Assembly: GCA_046735635.1 (NCBI GenBank)
Contig: JBKPTT010000157.1
Location: 1-48,632 of the forward strand
Direction of reading: 5' to 3'
DNA length: 48,632 nucleotides
From: Acidobacteriota bacterium
GTDB taxonomy: Bacteria; Acidobacteriota; Vicinamibacteria; Vicinamibacterales; 2-12-FULL-66-21
Under the pieces are notes generated by a model that was given only the letters and a program-made list of their open reading frames with translations, was not told the origin of the DNA and searched no databases. This document shows, piece by piece, positions 1 through 8,747 of this stretch; the stretch's first letter is position 1, and each line of letters starts with the position of its first letter. The translations under genes were made by a program, and so were the position numbers.

Positions 1-242
1 CGCCGCGCAAAGCAGTAGTGACACGCGTGCGTGCACCCGCGGTACGGGTTCAGCGTCCAGTTGAACGGCATGCCCTTCACGGCGTTGAGCGCCGACCGGC
101 ACGTCACCTCTTGATACCGCGCGGCGTCGGCGCGTCGCTGCGCCTGGTCCAGCGCCGCCTCGCCTCGTGTTCGAATTTCCAACGCGATCGCCTTCGTCGT
201 TGGTCGTTTCCCGAGATCGAAGATGAGCGGCTGCTCGGACAT
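1..242 (-). CDS. radical SAM protein, COG1533/SplB-like (N-terminal fragment; gene continues past the left edge)
   Basis: Not in the ORF track because it runs off the edge with no stop. Minus-strand ATG is at 242-240. Hand translation: MSEQPLIFDLGKRPTTKAIALEIRTRGEAALDQAQRRADAARYQEVTCRSALNAVKGMPFNWTLNPYRGCTHACHYCFAR... This contains the CxxxCxxC radical-SAM cluster motif (CTHACHYC) preceded by NPYRGC, as in SplB/Rv2578c-type proteins. Third codon positions are G/C-rich. Confidence 0.65.
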   Translation of the reverse strand, partial: MSEQPLIFDLGKRPTTKAIALEIRTRGEAALDQAQRRADAARYQEVTCRSALNAVKGMPFNWTLNPYRGCTHACHYCFAR

Positions 243-326
243 TGGCGTAGTTTCGCTCTTTGTTCGCCGCGGATCAATCGCGAGATGTAGTGGCGGCTGG
301 GCGCCAGCAGCCCCAGAACGCAAACC

Positions 327-1664
327 TCAAGAGATGGATTTGGCGATCCAGACAGAGAGGAGGGCGGCGATGGCTGTGTTGATGAGGTTCAGCGCGTTGT
401 TGTCGAGAACGCCGTTCGCCTCGAACTCGGCGCCCAGCACGCTCTCGATGGTGGATCCGGCGAAAGCCGATGCGACGACGGGTATCAGGTAAAGGGGCTT
501 TGTCAGACCCAGCGCCGCCGCGATGCCCCCAAGAAGAACTGCCGCCGAGACGCCTGCGAGCGTTCCTTCGACCGACACAGCGCCGGACGTCCCGGGAGCC
601 ACGCGTGCCAATGAGGTAACCAGGAACGTGCGGCGTGCCCAGGCCTTACCGATCTCGCTCGCTACCGTGTCGCTGCCTCCGGCGGCCAGCGCGGCCACAA
701 ACGCGATACGCGCCATTTCCGACGCGTAGGTCGTCGCGCAGAGAATGGCGGCGACCAGCGCGACTCCCGTGTTGGCGAGCGCGTTTGCGACTCCTCGCCG
801 CGACTCGGCGACTCCGAGCTTCGACTTTCGGCCAAGGCCGATGCGTGAAGCAGCGACGGCGATCCCGAAAGTTGCGAGCAGCATCAGCCATCCGCCCCAG
901 CCGACTGTCGCGATCACAACGATTCCAATCAGCGCACCGGAGACTGCGCCGACCAGGGTCACCGTGCCGGCAAGGTATCCGACCGCAGCGGCGCCGAGGT
1001 TTGCGATAACTGCCACGGGCACGACGGCCAGTATGCGACGCACGGTTTCGGCGACAAGATCTTCGTTGACGAGCGACATGGTCCACAGGACAGCTGCTGC
1101 GGTCACTGGCACTGAGATGTTCTCATCCAGTGCGATCGGAAGTGTCGCGCAGCCCGCGGCAGCAAACGCCGCCGCGAAAGGCACCCACGTGCCGAACCAC
1201 GGGTAGGCGGGGGGAATCACACGCGCTGAGCACCACCAGCACAAAAACGCGCCGGCCGCTCCTCCCAACAGTACGAAAACGACGCAGCCCGCGAGAGTGC
1301 GCCGCGGATTCCAGGGGATCCTCGGTCCGCCGATGTACCGTGCGGCGATCGGTGCCGTGCCATTTCCAAAGCCCACGATGCCCCACACCGAGGCGACGAT
1401 GTCGATCCTGTCTGGCAACAACAGCAAGACCAGCAGAACGGCCGCCGGGTAAAAGACGACGCCAGGATCGATGTTGCGCTGATGATTCGGCGGCGCAGAA
1501 GGTGATGCCGCGATGTAGGGCAGCGCGTACGCGGTGAAGACGACCGCCGCGGCGGCAATCACCATGGCCTCCGTCGGGGTGATCCAGCGCAGCAGGAGCG
1601 CGGCTGCGCCCATTCCGAGGTGAACGAGTTGCCGCCCGTCCGAAACGCCGGACGCGCGATTCAT
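327..1664 (-). CDS. polytopic membrane protein with C-terminal DUF92/TMEM19 (COG1836, VTE6-like) domain; N-terminal half weakly polyprenol-kinase-like
   Basis: 445-aa ORF that is hydrophobic throughout. The C-terminal half carries DUF92 signatures GGSDTVASEIGK and PGTSGAVSVEGTLAG. The N-terminal half has GFGNGTAPIAARYIGG...RRTLAG, reminiscent of CTP-dependent dolichol/phytol kinases. Its ATG overlaps the stop of the upstream reductase (ATGA at 1661-1664). Confidence 0.7.
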   Translation of the reverse strand: MNRASGVSDGRQLVHLGMGAAALLLRWITPTEAMVIAAAAVVFTAYALPYIAASPSAPPNHQRNIDPGVVFYPAAVLLVLLLLPDRIDIVASVWGIVGFGNGTAPIAARYIGGPRIPWNPRRTLAGCVVFVLLGGAAGAFLCWWCSARVIPPAYPWFGTWVPFAAAFAAAGCATLPIALDENISVPVTAAAVLWTMSLVNEDLVAETVRRILAVVPVAVIANLGAAAVGYLAGTVTLVGAVSGALIGIVVIATVGWGGWLMLLATFGIAVAASRIGLGRKSKLGVAESRRGVANALANTGVALVAAILCATTYASEMARIAFVAALAAGGSDTVASEIGKAWARRTFLVTSLARVAPGTSGAVSVEGTLAGVSAAVLLGGIAAALGLTKPLYLIPVVASAFAGSTIESVLGAEFEANGVLDNNALNLINTAIAALLSVWIAKSIS

Positions 1665-2608
1665 GAGGCGACCGGGGTCGCGGTTCGCCAGAAGTCCAGC
1701 AGGTCGGCGAGCGTCTGGTCGATTGGAATCAGGGGCGCCCAGCCCGTCTCCGACGTGATCCGCGACGGGTCCCCGGCAATGACGGGATTGTCGCTCGGGC
1801 GCAGGCGAGTGGGGTCGACATCGATCGTAATCGGCACTCGCGACAGACTAACGAGCCGTTCCAACAGATCGCGCATCCGGTAGGCGTGACCCGAACACAC
1901 GTTGTATGGTCGCGCCGGGCGGCCCCGCTCGATCATCGCGACGTACGCGCGCACCGTGTCGCGCACGTCCATGATGTCGCGCCTGGATTCGAGGTTGCCG
2001 ACGCGAAGCACGGGTGCCGATCGTCCGCCCTCGATTTCGGCGATCTGACGCGCAAAGCTCGACGTCGAATATGTAGGCGCCTGTCGGGGACCCGCGTGGT
2101 TGAACGGACGCGCAACGAAAATCGGCACCCACGTGGCGCGCATCGCAAGCATCTCCTGCGCGAGCTTGCTCAGCCCGTACGGCTCGGTAGGTCCAATCGG
2201 ATCTTCCTCGGTCAGCCTCGAGATCGAGGGCTGATAGACGAGCGCCGAACCCGTGACGAGCACCGGGCACGCGAGTCCCGCTTCGCGAACACCCTCGAGC
2301 AGGTGGTGTGTGCCGAGCGCGTTGACGCGGAGCGCGCGCTCCGGCGCCCCCCAGGATTCCCCCACATGAGCAACGCCGGCGAGGTGATAGATCGCTGACG
2401 GTCTCGCGTCGTCGAGCGCGATCCGTACCGCGTCACGATCGAGAAGATCGACCGACCTCCATTGCACGCCTGGATCAGACGCGCGAGGGACGTCAGCTCC
2501 GCCTCGGTGTGCCCAGGCCGTCACGTGCCGCACGCGGGTGAGCAGTTCGTCGACGAGGTGACTGCCGGCGAAACCCGTGGCGCCGGTCACCAGAGGGGGG
2601 CCAGGCAC
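1661..2608 (-). CDS. NAD(P)-dependent sugar-nucleotide 4-ketoreductase/epimerase (extended SDR, GMD/Rmd-like)
   Basis: Rossmann motif VTGATGFAGSHL, catalytic YGLSKLAQE (YxxxK), and ARPFNHAGPRQ and DVRDTVRAY blocks typical of GDP-mannose-dehydratase/Rmd-type enzymes. The longest ORF (to 2965) would overlap rmlB by about 355 nt. The GTG at 2608 lies 2 nt after the rmlB stop and just ahead of the Rossmann motif, so it is the chosen start. Confidence 0.75.
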   Translation of the reverse strand: MPGPPLVTGATGFAGSHLVDELLTRVRHVTAWAHRGGADVPRASDPGVQWRSVDLLDRDAVRIALDDARPSAIYHLAGVAHVGESWGAPERALRVNALGTHHLLEGVREAGLACPVLVTGSALVYQPSISRLTEEDPIGPTEPYGLSKLAQEMLAMRATWVPIFVARPFNHAGPRQAPTYSTSSFARQIAEIEGGRSAPVLRVGNLESRRDIMDVRDTVRAYVAMIERGRPARPYNVCSGHAYRMRDLLERLVSLSRVPITIDVDPTRLRPSDNPVIAGDPSRITSETGWAPLIPIDQTLADLLDFWRTATPVAS

Positions 2609-2610
2609 GG

Positions 2611-3627
2611 TCAGCCGCGGCGGTCGCCGTAGAGCGCCTGGTAGTATGCGCGGAACTCGGGGTCGGCGTCCTTGATGGGCCGCCACCAGGACTCGTGATG
2701 CCGATACCAGGCGACCGTGTCGCGCAGTCCCTGGTCGAACGGCACTTCCGGCCGCCAACCGAGCGCGCGCAGCTTTGTCGTGTCGAGCGAATAGCGGCGA
2801 TCGTGCCCGGGGCGGTCTGCAACCGGCCGGATGAGCGACTCCGGTTTGCCGACCAGCTCCAGAATGCGCCTGGTGAGATCGACATTGGCGATGTGGTTGC
2901 CGCCGCCGATGTTGTAGACCTCGCCGGGCGTTCCTGCGTCGAGCAGCAAATCGATTGCGCGGCAATGATCGAGAACGTGCAGCCAGTCGCGCTGCTGTAG
3001 CCCATCGCCATACAGCGGCAGCGGGAGGTCAGCGATCGCGTTCGTGATGAACAGCGGAATCACCTTCTCGGGGAAGTGATACGGGCCGTAGTTGTTCGAC
3101 GCACGAGTGATGACGACGGGGACCTGATAGGTCGCCCAGTAGCTGTACGCGAGCCGATCCGCACCCGCCTTGCTCGCGGAATACGGATTTCGCGGACGCA
3201 ACTCGTCGGTCTCGCGACTCGCCCCCTCCGCAACACTGCCGTACACCTCGTCGGTGGAAATCTGGACGAACCGGCGCAGGCCCGGCGCTTCGCGCGCCGC
3301 TTCGAGGAGGACGAAGGTGCCGTAGACGTCTGTCGTAATGAATTCGCCGGCGCTGATGAGCGATCGGTCCACGTGCGTCTCGGCGGCGAAGTGGACGACG
3401 ATTTCCGCGTTCTTGACGAGCGCCCCGGCCACTCCAGGATCCGCGACGTCCCCCTGAACGAAGGTATGCCGCGGGCTGTCCAGCACGTCGGCCAGGTTCT
3501 CGAGACGGCCGGCGTAGGTCAGCTTGTCGAGCGTCGTGATATGCCACTCGGAGTGCCGGGCGAGGGCGTACCGTACGAAGTTCGATCCGATGAAACCGGC
3601 GCCGCCGGTCACGAGGACGTTAACCAT
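2611..3627 (-). CDS. rfbB: dTDP-glucose 4,6-dehydratase
   Basis: 338 aa. Contains MVNVLVTGGAGFIGSNFV, YSASKAGAD (YxxxK), and the DEVYG and NNYGPYHFPEKVIP blocks characteristic of RmlB. Confidence 0.9.
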   Translation of the reverse strand: MVNVLVTGGAGFIGSNFVRYALARHSEWHITTLDKLTYAGRLENLADVLDSPRHTFVQGDVADPGVAGALVKNAEIVVHFAAETHVDRSLISAGEFITTDVYGTFVLLEAAREAPGLRRFVQISTDEVYGSVAEGASRETDELRPRNPYSASKAGADRLAYSYWATYQVPVVITRASNNYGPYHFPEKVIPLFITNAIADLPLPLYGDGLQQRDWLHVLDHCRAIDLLLDAGTPGEVYNIGGGNHIANVDLTRRILELVGKPESLIRPVADRPGHDRRYSLDTTKLRALGWRPEVPFDQGLRDTVAWYRHHESWWRPIKDADPEFRAYYQALYGDRRG

Positions 3628-4120
3628 CTTTGCGGGTCCAATCGTAGGGCAGCGATCCGTGCGGCTCCAGCCGATACTCGTCCGGTTCGTCGCGTTGGTA
3701 CATCTCGTTCGGGACGTTCAACACGAGCGACGGCTCCGGACCGATGCATTTCCAGCCGTGGTAGACCAGGTTGGGAACCTGGACGAGCATCGGGTTGTGG
3801 ACGCCGATGAAGAACTCGTTGACGGTGCCTTCCGTCGGCGATCCGACGCGTGTGTCGACGAGCACGAGCTTCACCATTCCCGTCACGCACGCGAAGTTGT
3901 CGATCTGCTTCCGATGGTAATGCCAGGCCTTGACGACGCCCGGATACGTCGCCGACACGTACACCTGCCCGAATTTCGTGAACAGGTCGGATTCGTCTGC
4001 GCGCAGGATCTCCATCAGCCAGCCGCGTTCGTCGGCAACGGCGCGGAGCGTCTTCAGCTTGACGCCGTCAATCGTCGGCCGCCCGGCGGCGGCGTATTTC
4101 ACGGGTGTCGCCACGTTCAC
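3620..4120 (-). CDS. rfbC: dTDP-4-dehydrorhamnose 3,5-epimerase-like cupin (short RmlC type)
   Basis: 166 aa with a GTG start. DERGWLMEI...QVYVSATYPGVVKAWHYHRKQIDNFACVTG matches the RmlC cupin core. It sits between rmlA and rmlB and overlaps the rmlB start by 8 nt. Confidence 0.7.
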   Translation of the reverse strand: MNVATPVKYAAAGRPTIDGVKLKTLRAVADERGWLMEILRADESDLFTKFGQVYVSATYPGVVKAWHYHRKQIDNFACVTGMVKLVLVDTRVGSPTEGTVNEFFIGVHNPMLVQVPNLVYHGWKCIGPEPSLVLNVPNEMYQRDEPDEYRLEPHGSLPYDWTRKDG

Positions 4121-4121
4121 C

Positions 4122-5189
4122 TCACCAGCGGATGCCCACCTCGGAATTGTCGCCGAGCATGAACCGGTACGCCGACGGTTTCACCGGCAGCCGGTAGATC
4201 TTCACGTTCTTGCCAATCAAGCTGTCCTCGATGCGCGTTGCAAGATTGCTGATCGTGCTGCCTTCGAGCACGATGCTGTGTTCGATTTCCGAGTCGCGGA
4301 TTTCCGCATCGTTCATGATCGACGTGAAGGGACCGACGTAGGCGTTCACGATTCGCGCATTGGCGCCGATGATCACGGGACCGCGTACGACCGAGTGCTC
4401 GATGACGGCTCCCGACTCGACGATGACTTTTCCCTCGACGCGCGAGTCGGCGTCGATCACGCCGTCCACGCGGCGTTCGATGCGATCGAGGATCAGCCGG
4501 TTGGCCTCGAGCATGTCTTCCAGCTTGCCCGTGTCCTTCCACCATCCGTCGACGATGTGCGGGCGGACCTCGAGTCCCCGGTCGATCAGATGCTGGATGG
4601 CATCGGTGATTTCCAGCTCGTTGCGGAAGCTCGGTTTGATCTGCTTGACCGCCTCGAACACCGCCGGGGAGAACATGTAGACGCCGACGAGCGCCAGGTC
4701 GCTCCTGGGGTGCTCCGGCTTTTCGACCAGCCGGACGACGCGGCCGTCGGCGAGCTCGGCGACGCCGAACATCTGCGGGTCGGGCACCCGCGCGAGCAGA
4801 ATCTGGGCGGCGGGCTTCTCTCGGACGAACTCCTCGACGAAGTTCGTGATCCCCTTGTTGAGCAGGTTGTCGCCGAGATACATCACGAACGGAGAGGTGC
4901 CGATGAATGGTTCGCTGATCAGGACGGCGTGCGCCAGCCCGCGCGGCGCGTCCTGTTCGATGTAGGTGATCGAAACATTCCAGGCCGCTCCATCGCCGAC
5001 CGCGGCGCGAATCTCATTCTGCGTGTCGCCGACGACGATGCCGATCTCGCGTATGCCGGCCTCCGCGAGCGACTCGATCCCGTAAAAGAGCACCGGCTTG
5101 TTCGCGACGGGCACCAGTTGTTTGGCGCTGGTGTAGGTGAGCGGCCGCAGCCTGGTGCCCTTGCCGCCGCTGAGAATCAGCCCCTTCAT
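4122..5189 (-). CDS. rfbA: glucose-1-phosphate thymidylyltransferase (long form with C-terminal left-handed beta-helix)
   Basis: 355 aa. The N-terminus MKGLILSGGKGTRLRPLTYTSAKQLVPVANKP is the nucleotidyltransferase signature. The C-terminal third is rich in hexapeptide repeats. Confidence 0.85.
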   Translation of the reverse strand: MKGLILSGGKGTRLRPLTYTSAKQLVPVANKPVLFYGIESLAEAGIREIGIVVGDTQNEIRAAVGDGAAWNVSITYIEQDAPRGLAHAVLISEPFIGTSPFVMYLGDNLLNKGITNFVEEFVREKPAAQILLARVPDPQMFGVAELADGRVVRLVEKPEHPRSDLALVGVYMFSPAVFEAVKQIKPSFRNELEITDAIQHLIDRGLEVRPHIVDGWWKDTGKLEDMLEANRLILDRIERRVDGVIDADSRVEGKVIVESGAVIEHSVVRGPVIIGANARIVNAYVGPFTSIMNDAEIRDSEIEHSIVLEGSTISNLATRIEDSLIGKNVKIYRLPVKPSAYRFMLGDNSEVGIRW

Positions 5190-5195
5190 CGCGGC

Positions 5196-7478
5196 TCAGC
5201 GGCCCTGGCCGCCGAAGGCGCCGAACAGATTCGAGAATGTCCCGACGCCCGCCAGCGTGAACGACAGGTTGAACCGGTGATCCTGGTTGACGCCGTAGCT
5301 GACGAAGCTTCCCGACAGGTTGTAGGTCTGATATTCGACGGCCACCCCGCAGCACTGCGAATTGTAATACGCGGTATACCGCTGCTGCAGGAACTCGTCG
5401 TTCTTCAGGTCGTAGTAGAACGAGTACGCGCCTCCGAGGCGATTCCCTGGTTTCCGGATGTTCGTGGTCGCGTTCACGTAGTTGTTCGACGCGGCCAGAT
5501 TGAACGCCGGGAGCGTCGGGATGTACCGCCGTTGCGTCCATTCCACCGTCGTCTGCACCCAGCTGCGCGTGTTGAACGACCCGCTCGCCGATATCGTCCG
5601 GATCGAGTGCGTGGTGGAATCGAATTCGGTTCGAATCGATGCCAGAATCAGATGCGTCGGCGCCGCGCGGACCAGCAGTACCATCGGCCCGAATTTGGTC
5701 GGCGTGACCGCGCCGAAGCCGCTCTGGACCGACTGGTCGTACTGCGCGGCCTTTGCCTCCGTGTAGTAGTTCTGCGACAGCGTCGCGCTCAACACCTCGC
5801 GAGACGTTTCCTTCTTCGAGTACAGACGATTCGACACGCCGTAGTTGAAGCGAGTGACGCCCCCGACGACGTAGTCGGCGCCATCGAGCTTGACGATGCG
5901 ATCGAACTGGTCGATAGCGGTGATGTGCTGGACGGTCAGCGTCGGTTCGATGACGTGCTTCAGCTTGCGGTTGGGGCGATTGAAGATGCGGTTGAAGACG
6001 GGGCCCGTCATGCGGCTCTGCAGGTCCACGTACGTGCGGCCGATGCCCTTGTCGATCTGCGGCCCGTTGACGGTTGCGAGGCTCTCCGTCCAGTACGTGG
6101 ACCGAAAGGCCACCGACGAGTTCACCGTGAAGAACTGCAACTTGGTGAACGGAATGCGCAGCGACGGGCTGACGTCCATTCGCGTCAGCCCCTGGTCGCT
6201 CGTCTTGACGTCGTTGGTCGTGACGTTGCGCACGATCGTGACGTACTCGCCGTTCAGACCGAAATAGAGCGGCGTCCCCTTGATCAGGCTTTCGATGCGC
6301 GTGATGCTGATTCGCGGCAGCGAGCCGTTGGTCTGGAACGATGTTTCGTTGCTGAAGTAGTCGCTCTTGTCCGCGGTGAAGCTCACCGAGTAGCCCTTCC
6401 AGTTGCCCGCGAGATTGCCGCCGAAACGGCGCGTGCCGTTCGTGGAATGAAGAATGTTCTGGTCGTAGCGCTGGTGCGAGACGATGCTGGTGTAGTAGTT
6501 CGCGTTGGCGCGAGCACGGAGGTTGTACGGGAGCCGCTGCGTCACGTCGCCGAGGATGGTGAAGCTCTGCGTTCCAGGATACTGCACCGGCGCCCCGTTG
6601 GCCTGGGCGTACTCGGTCGGGTGCTCGTGCAGGAAGGTGATCTGCGTGTTTCCTTCCGACCCGGGCGCCAGGATGTATCGGTACTGCCCGCCGATCTGTT
6701 GTCCGGTCTTCGAGAACCAGTCGTGTTCGATCGTTGCATCCTGGCTGCGGCTGATCGCCCAGAAGAACTGGTTGGTGAGCGACTGGCCGCGTGCGGCCGT
6801 CGATCCGTAGATCGGCATCAGAAAACCGGTCGCGCGATTATCGTCCTGGATTGGGTAATAGAACGCCGGCAGATAGAACATCGGGACGTTCTTCACCTTG
6901 AAGATGGCGTTCTTCAGGAGGGCGTAGTCATCGAGCGTGAGCGTGATTGAATCCGCCCCCAACTCCCAGCGTGGCGTCGGCTGCACGCAGGTCGTGAACC
7001 CTCCATGGAGGATGCGGTATTTTTTCGGCCCGATCTTCTGAATCTCGTCCCCCCAGAACCACGCGTCCGGTTCTTGCGTGCCGAAGATCCCGGGGTCCGC
7101 CGACTCGCGGAGCACCGTCGTCCCGGTCGCATTGAAGAAGGTCCCGGTACGCGTCTTCGTGTTGAACTCCATCCGCTCGGCCGAGATCCGGTTCTTTCCC
7201 GACACGTAGACGACGTTGCCCGTCGCGATGACCCGGCCCTCGTCCTGGAAGCTCTCGAGACGGTCTGCCATCAGCTGCAGATCCTGACAGTCAATCTGGG
7301 CCGGCTGATCGAGCGTCCCTTCGGCGACCACATGGTTCGTCTCGATGACGACGCTATGGAGATTCTGGGCTTGATACCCCTTGCAGCCGCCGAGCGGCTC
7401 CTGGGCGCGTGCCGCGCGGGCGCCGCCAAACCATTCGAGCACGAAGCACAGGAAGAGGATAGCGCTGAGGCGAACCAT
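5196..7478 (-). CDS. lptD: LPS-assembly outer-membrane protein LptD (OstA family)
   Basis: It has an OstA-N-like segment (LQLMADRLESFQDEGRVIATGNVVYVSGKNRISAERMEFNTKTRTGTF) followed by a long aromatic-rich beta-barrel region. Start trimmed to the ATG at 7478 (MVRLSAILFLCFVLEWFGGARAARA, signal-peptide-like). The upstream extension of the 818-aa ORF has no support. Confidence 0.85.
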   Translation of the reverse strand: MVRLSAILFLCFVLEWFGGARAARAQEPLGGCKGYQAQNLHSVVIETNHVVAEGTLDQPAQIDCQDLQLMADRLESFQDEGRVIATGNVVYVSGKNRISAERMEFNTKTRTGTFFNATGTTVLRESADPGIFGTQEPDAWFWGDEIQKIGPKKYRILHGGFTTCVQPTPRWELGADSITLTLDDYALLKNAIFKVKNVPMFYLPAFYYPIQDDNRATGFLMPIYGSTAARGQSLTNQFFWAISRSQDATIEHDWFSKTGQQIGGQYRYILAPGSEGNTQITFLHEHPTEYAQANGAPVQYPGTQSFTILGDVTQRLPYNLRARANANYYTSIVSHQRYDQNILHSTNGTRRFGGNLAGNWKGYSVSFTADKSDYFSNETSFQTNGSLPRISITRIESLIKGTPLYFGLNGEYVTIVRNVTTNDVKTSDQGLTRMDVSPSLRIPFTKLQFFTVNSSVAFRSTYWTESLATVNGPQIDKGIGRTYVDLQSRMTGPVFNRIFNRPNRKLKHVIEPTLTVQHITAIDQFDRIVKLDGADYVVGGVTRFNYGVSNRLYSKKETSREVLSATLSQNYYTEAKAAQYDQSVQSGFGAVTPTKFGPMVLLVRAAPTHLILASIRTEFDSTTHSIRTISASGSFNTRSWVQTTVEWTQRRYIPTLPAFNLAASNNYVNATTNIRKPGNRLGGAYSFYYDLKNDEFLQQRYTAYYNSQCCGVAVEYQTYNLSGSFVSYGVNQDHRFNLSFTLAGVGTFSNLFGAFGGQGR

Positions 7479-7509
7479 GAAACTGTCGGCGTGACGCGCG
7501 GACCGAAGG

Positions 7510-8742
7510 TCAGCGAAGAATATCACGCAGCGGACCGACGAGAAAGATCGAGCCGGTCCCGACGGTCCGATCGCCGGTCGAGACTGCTCGATCGAGTGCA
7601 ACGGCAAAATCATCGATGGCGAGCACGGGCAGGCCTGCTCCGGCCGTCTCACGCAGGGAAGACGCGAGATCGCTCGCTGACGCCGCGCGCGGTGTCGGGG
7701 CGGTCGTGCAGATGATGCGCGCGCACAAAGGGGCGAGCGGCGCCACCATGGCGGCGGCGTCCTTGTCGCGCATCGCGCCGAAGAGCAGCGTGACGCCGGA
7801 CCAGCCGATCTCCCGCAGATACGACGCCAGCGCGCGTGCGCCGGCCGGGTTGTGGGCCGCGTCGAGCAGGACGTCGCGCCCCCGGTAGGACAATCGTTCC
7901 AGCCGTGCCGGCCAGACCGCGTCGGTGAGGCCCGTCCTCATGGCGGAATCGGACACCGCCACGCCTTGGTCCGCGAGCTGGTCAAGGATCGCGACCGCAA
8001 CCGCGGCGTTACTCCGTTGATGTCGTCCAGGGAGCGCGAGCTCGACCGTTCCGAGTCCGCGCGCGGCGAGCAGCGGCTCGTCGACGTGGATCACCGGGGC
8101 GCCCAGGGCCGCGCACACGTCCTCGATGACTCGGCGCGCCTCCGCGGCGACCGGCCCGCAGACCAGCGGAACGCCGGGCTTTACGATGCCCGCCTTCTCA
8201 CGCGCGATCGAAGCGAGTGTGTTACCGAGTTGGGCCTGGTGATCGAGATCGATCGACGTGATCGCCGTGACGAGGGGATGCACGACGTTGGTGGCATCGA
8301 GACGTCCTCCGAGTCCGACTTCGAGCACGGCAATGTCGACCCGCGCGTCGCGAAAGAGGACGAACGCCGCGGCCGTCGCGCACTCGAAGAATGTCGGCGG
8401 CGCGGCAAGCGTCCCGCGCTGCATCAGCGACTCGGCTGCGTGCTGCACGGACCCGACCGCGTCTTGCAGCGTCGAGGTGTCAACCTCCCGTCCGTCGATG
8501 ACGAAACGCTCTTCGACACGAACGAGATGGGGTGAGGTGTAACGCGCGGCGCGGTGTCCGGCGGCGCGAAGTGCGGTCTCGACCATGACCGTCACCGACC
8601 CTTTGCCATTCGTGCCGGCGACGTGGACCGACTGAAAGGCGCGCTCCGGGTGCCCGAGCGCTTCGCAAAGGGCGGTGATGTTCTCGAGGCCGAACTTCAT
8701 CCCCAGCCGCTCGAGGCTGAAGAGAAACTCGATCGGTTCCAT
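7510..8742 (-). CDS. folC: bifunctional folylpolyglutamate synthase / dihydrofolate synthase
   Basis: Sequence begins MEPIEFLFSLERLGMKFGLENI...VAGTNGKGSV (Mur-ligase P-loop). The 680-aa track ORF is the folC frame running open across accD. The ATG at 8742 lies 5 nt after the accD stop. Confidence 0.85.
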   Translation of the reverse strand: MEPIEFLFSLERLGMKFGLENITALCEALGHPERAFQSVHVAGTNGKGSVTVMVETALRAAGHRAARYTSPHLVRVEERFVIDGREVDTSTLQDAVGSVQHAAESLMQRGTLAAPPTFFECATAAAFVLFRDARVDIAVLEVGLGGRLDATNVVHPLVTAITSIDLDHQAQLGNTLASIAREKAGIVKPGVPLVCGPVAAEARRVIEDVCAALGAPVIHVDEPLLAARGLGTVELALPGRHQRSNAAVAVAILDQLADQGVAVSDSAMRTGLTDAVWPARLERLSYRGRDVLLDAAHNPAGARALASYLREIGWSGVTLLFGAMRDKDAAAMVAPLAPLCARIICTTAPTPRAASASDLASSLRETAGAGLPVLAIDDFAVALDRAVSTGDRTVGTGSIFLVGPLRDILR

Positions 8743-8747
8743 CGCCT

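Noticed and set aside
3930-6950. 1006-aa plus-strand ORF, the longest in the track.
   Set aside because: It is entirely antisense to rmlA and lptD, which both have clear family motifs. Its translation is R/D/V/A-rich low-complexity sequence with no motifs. This is a typical open antisense frame in GC-rich DNA.
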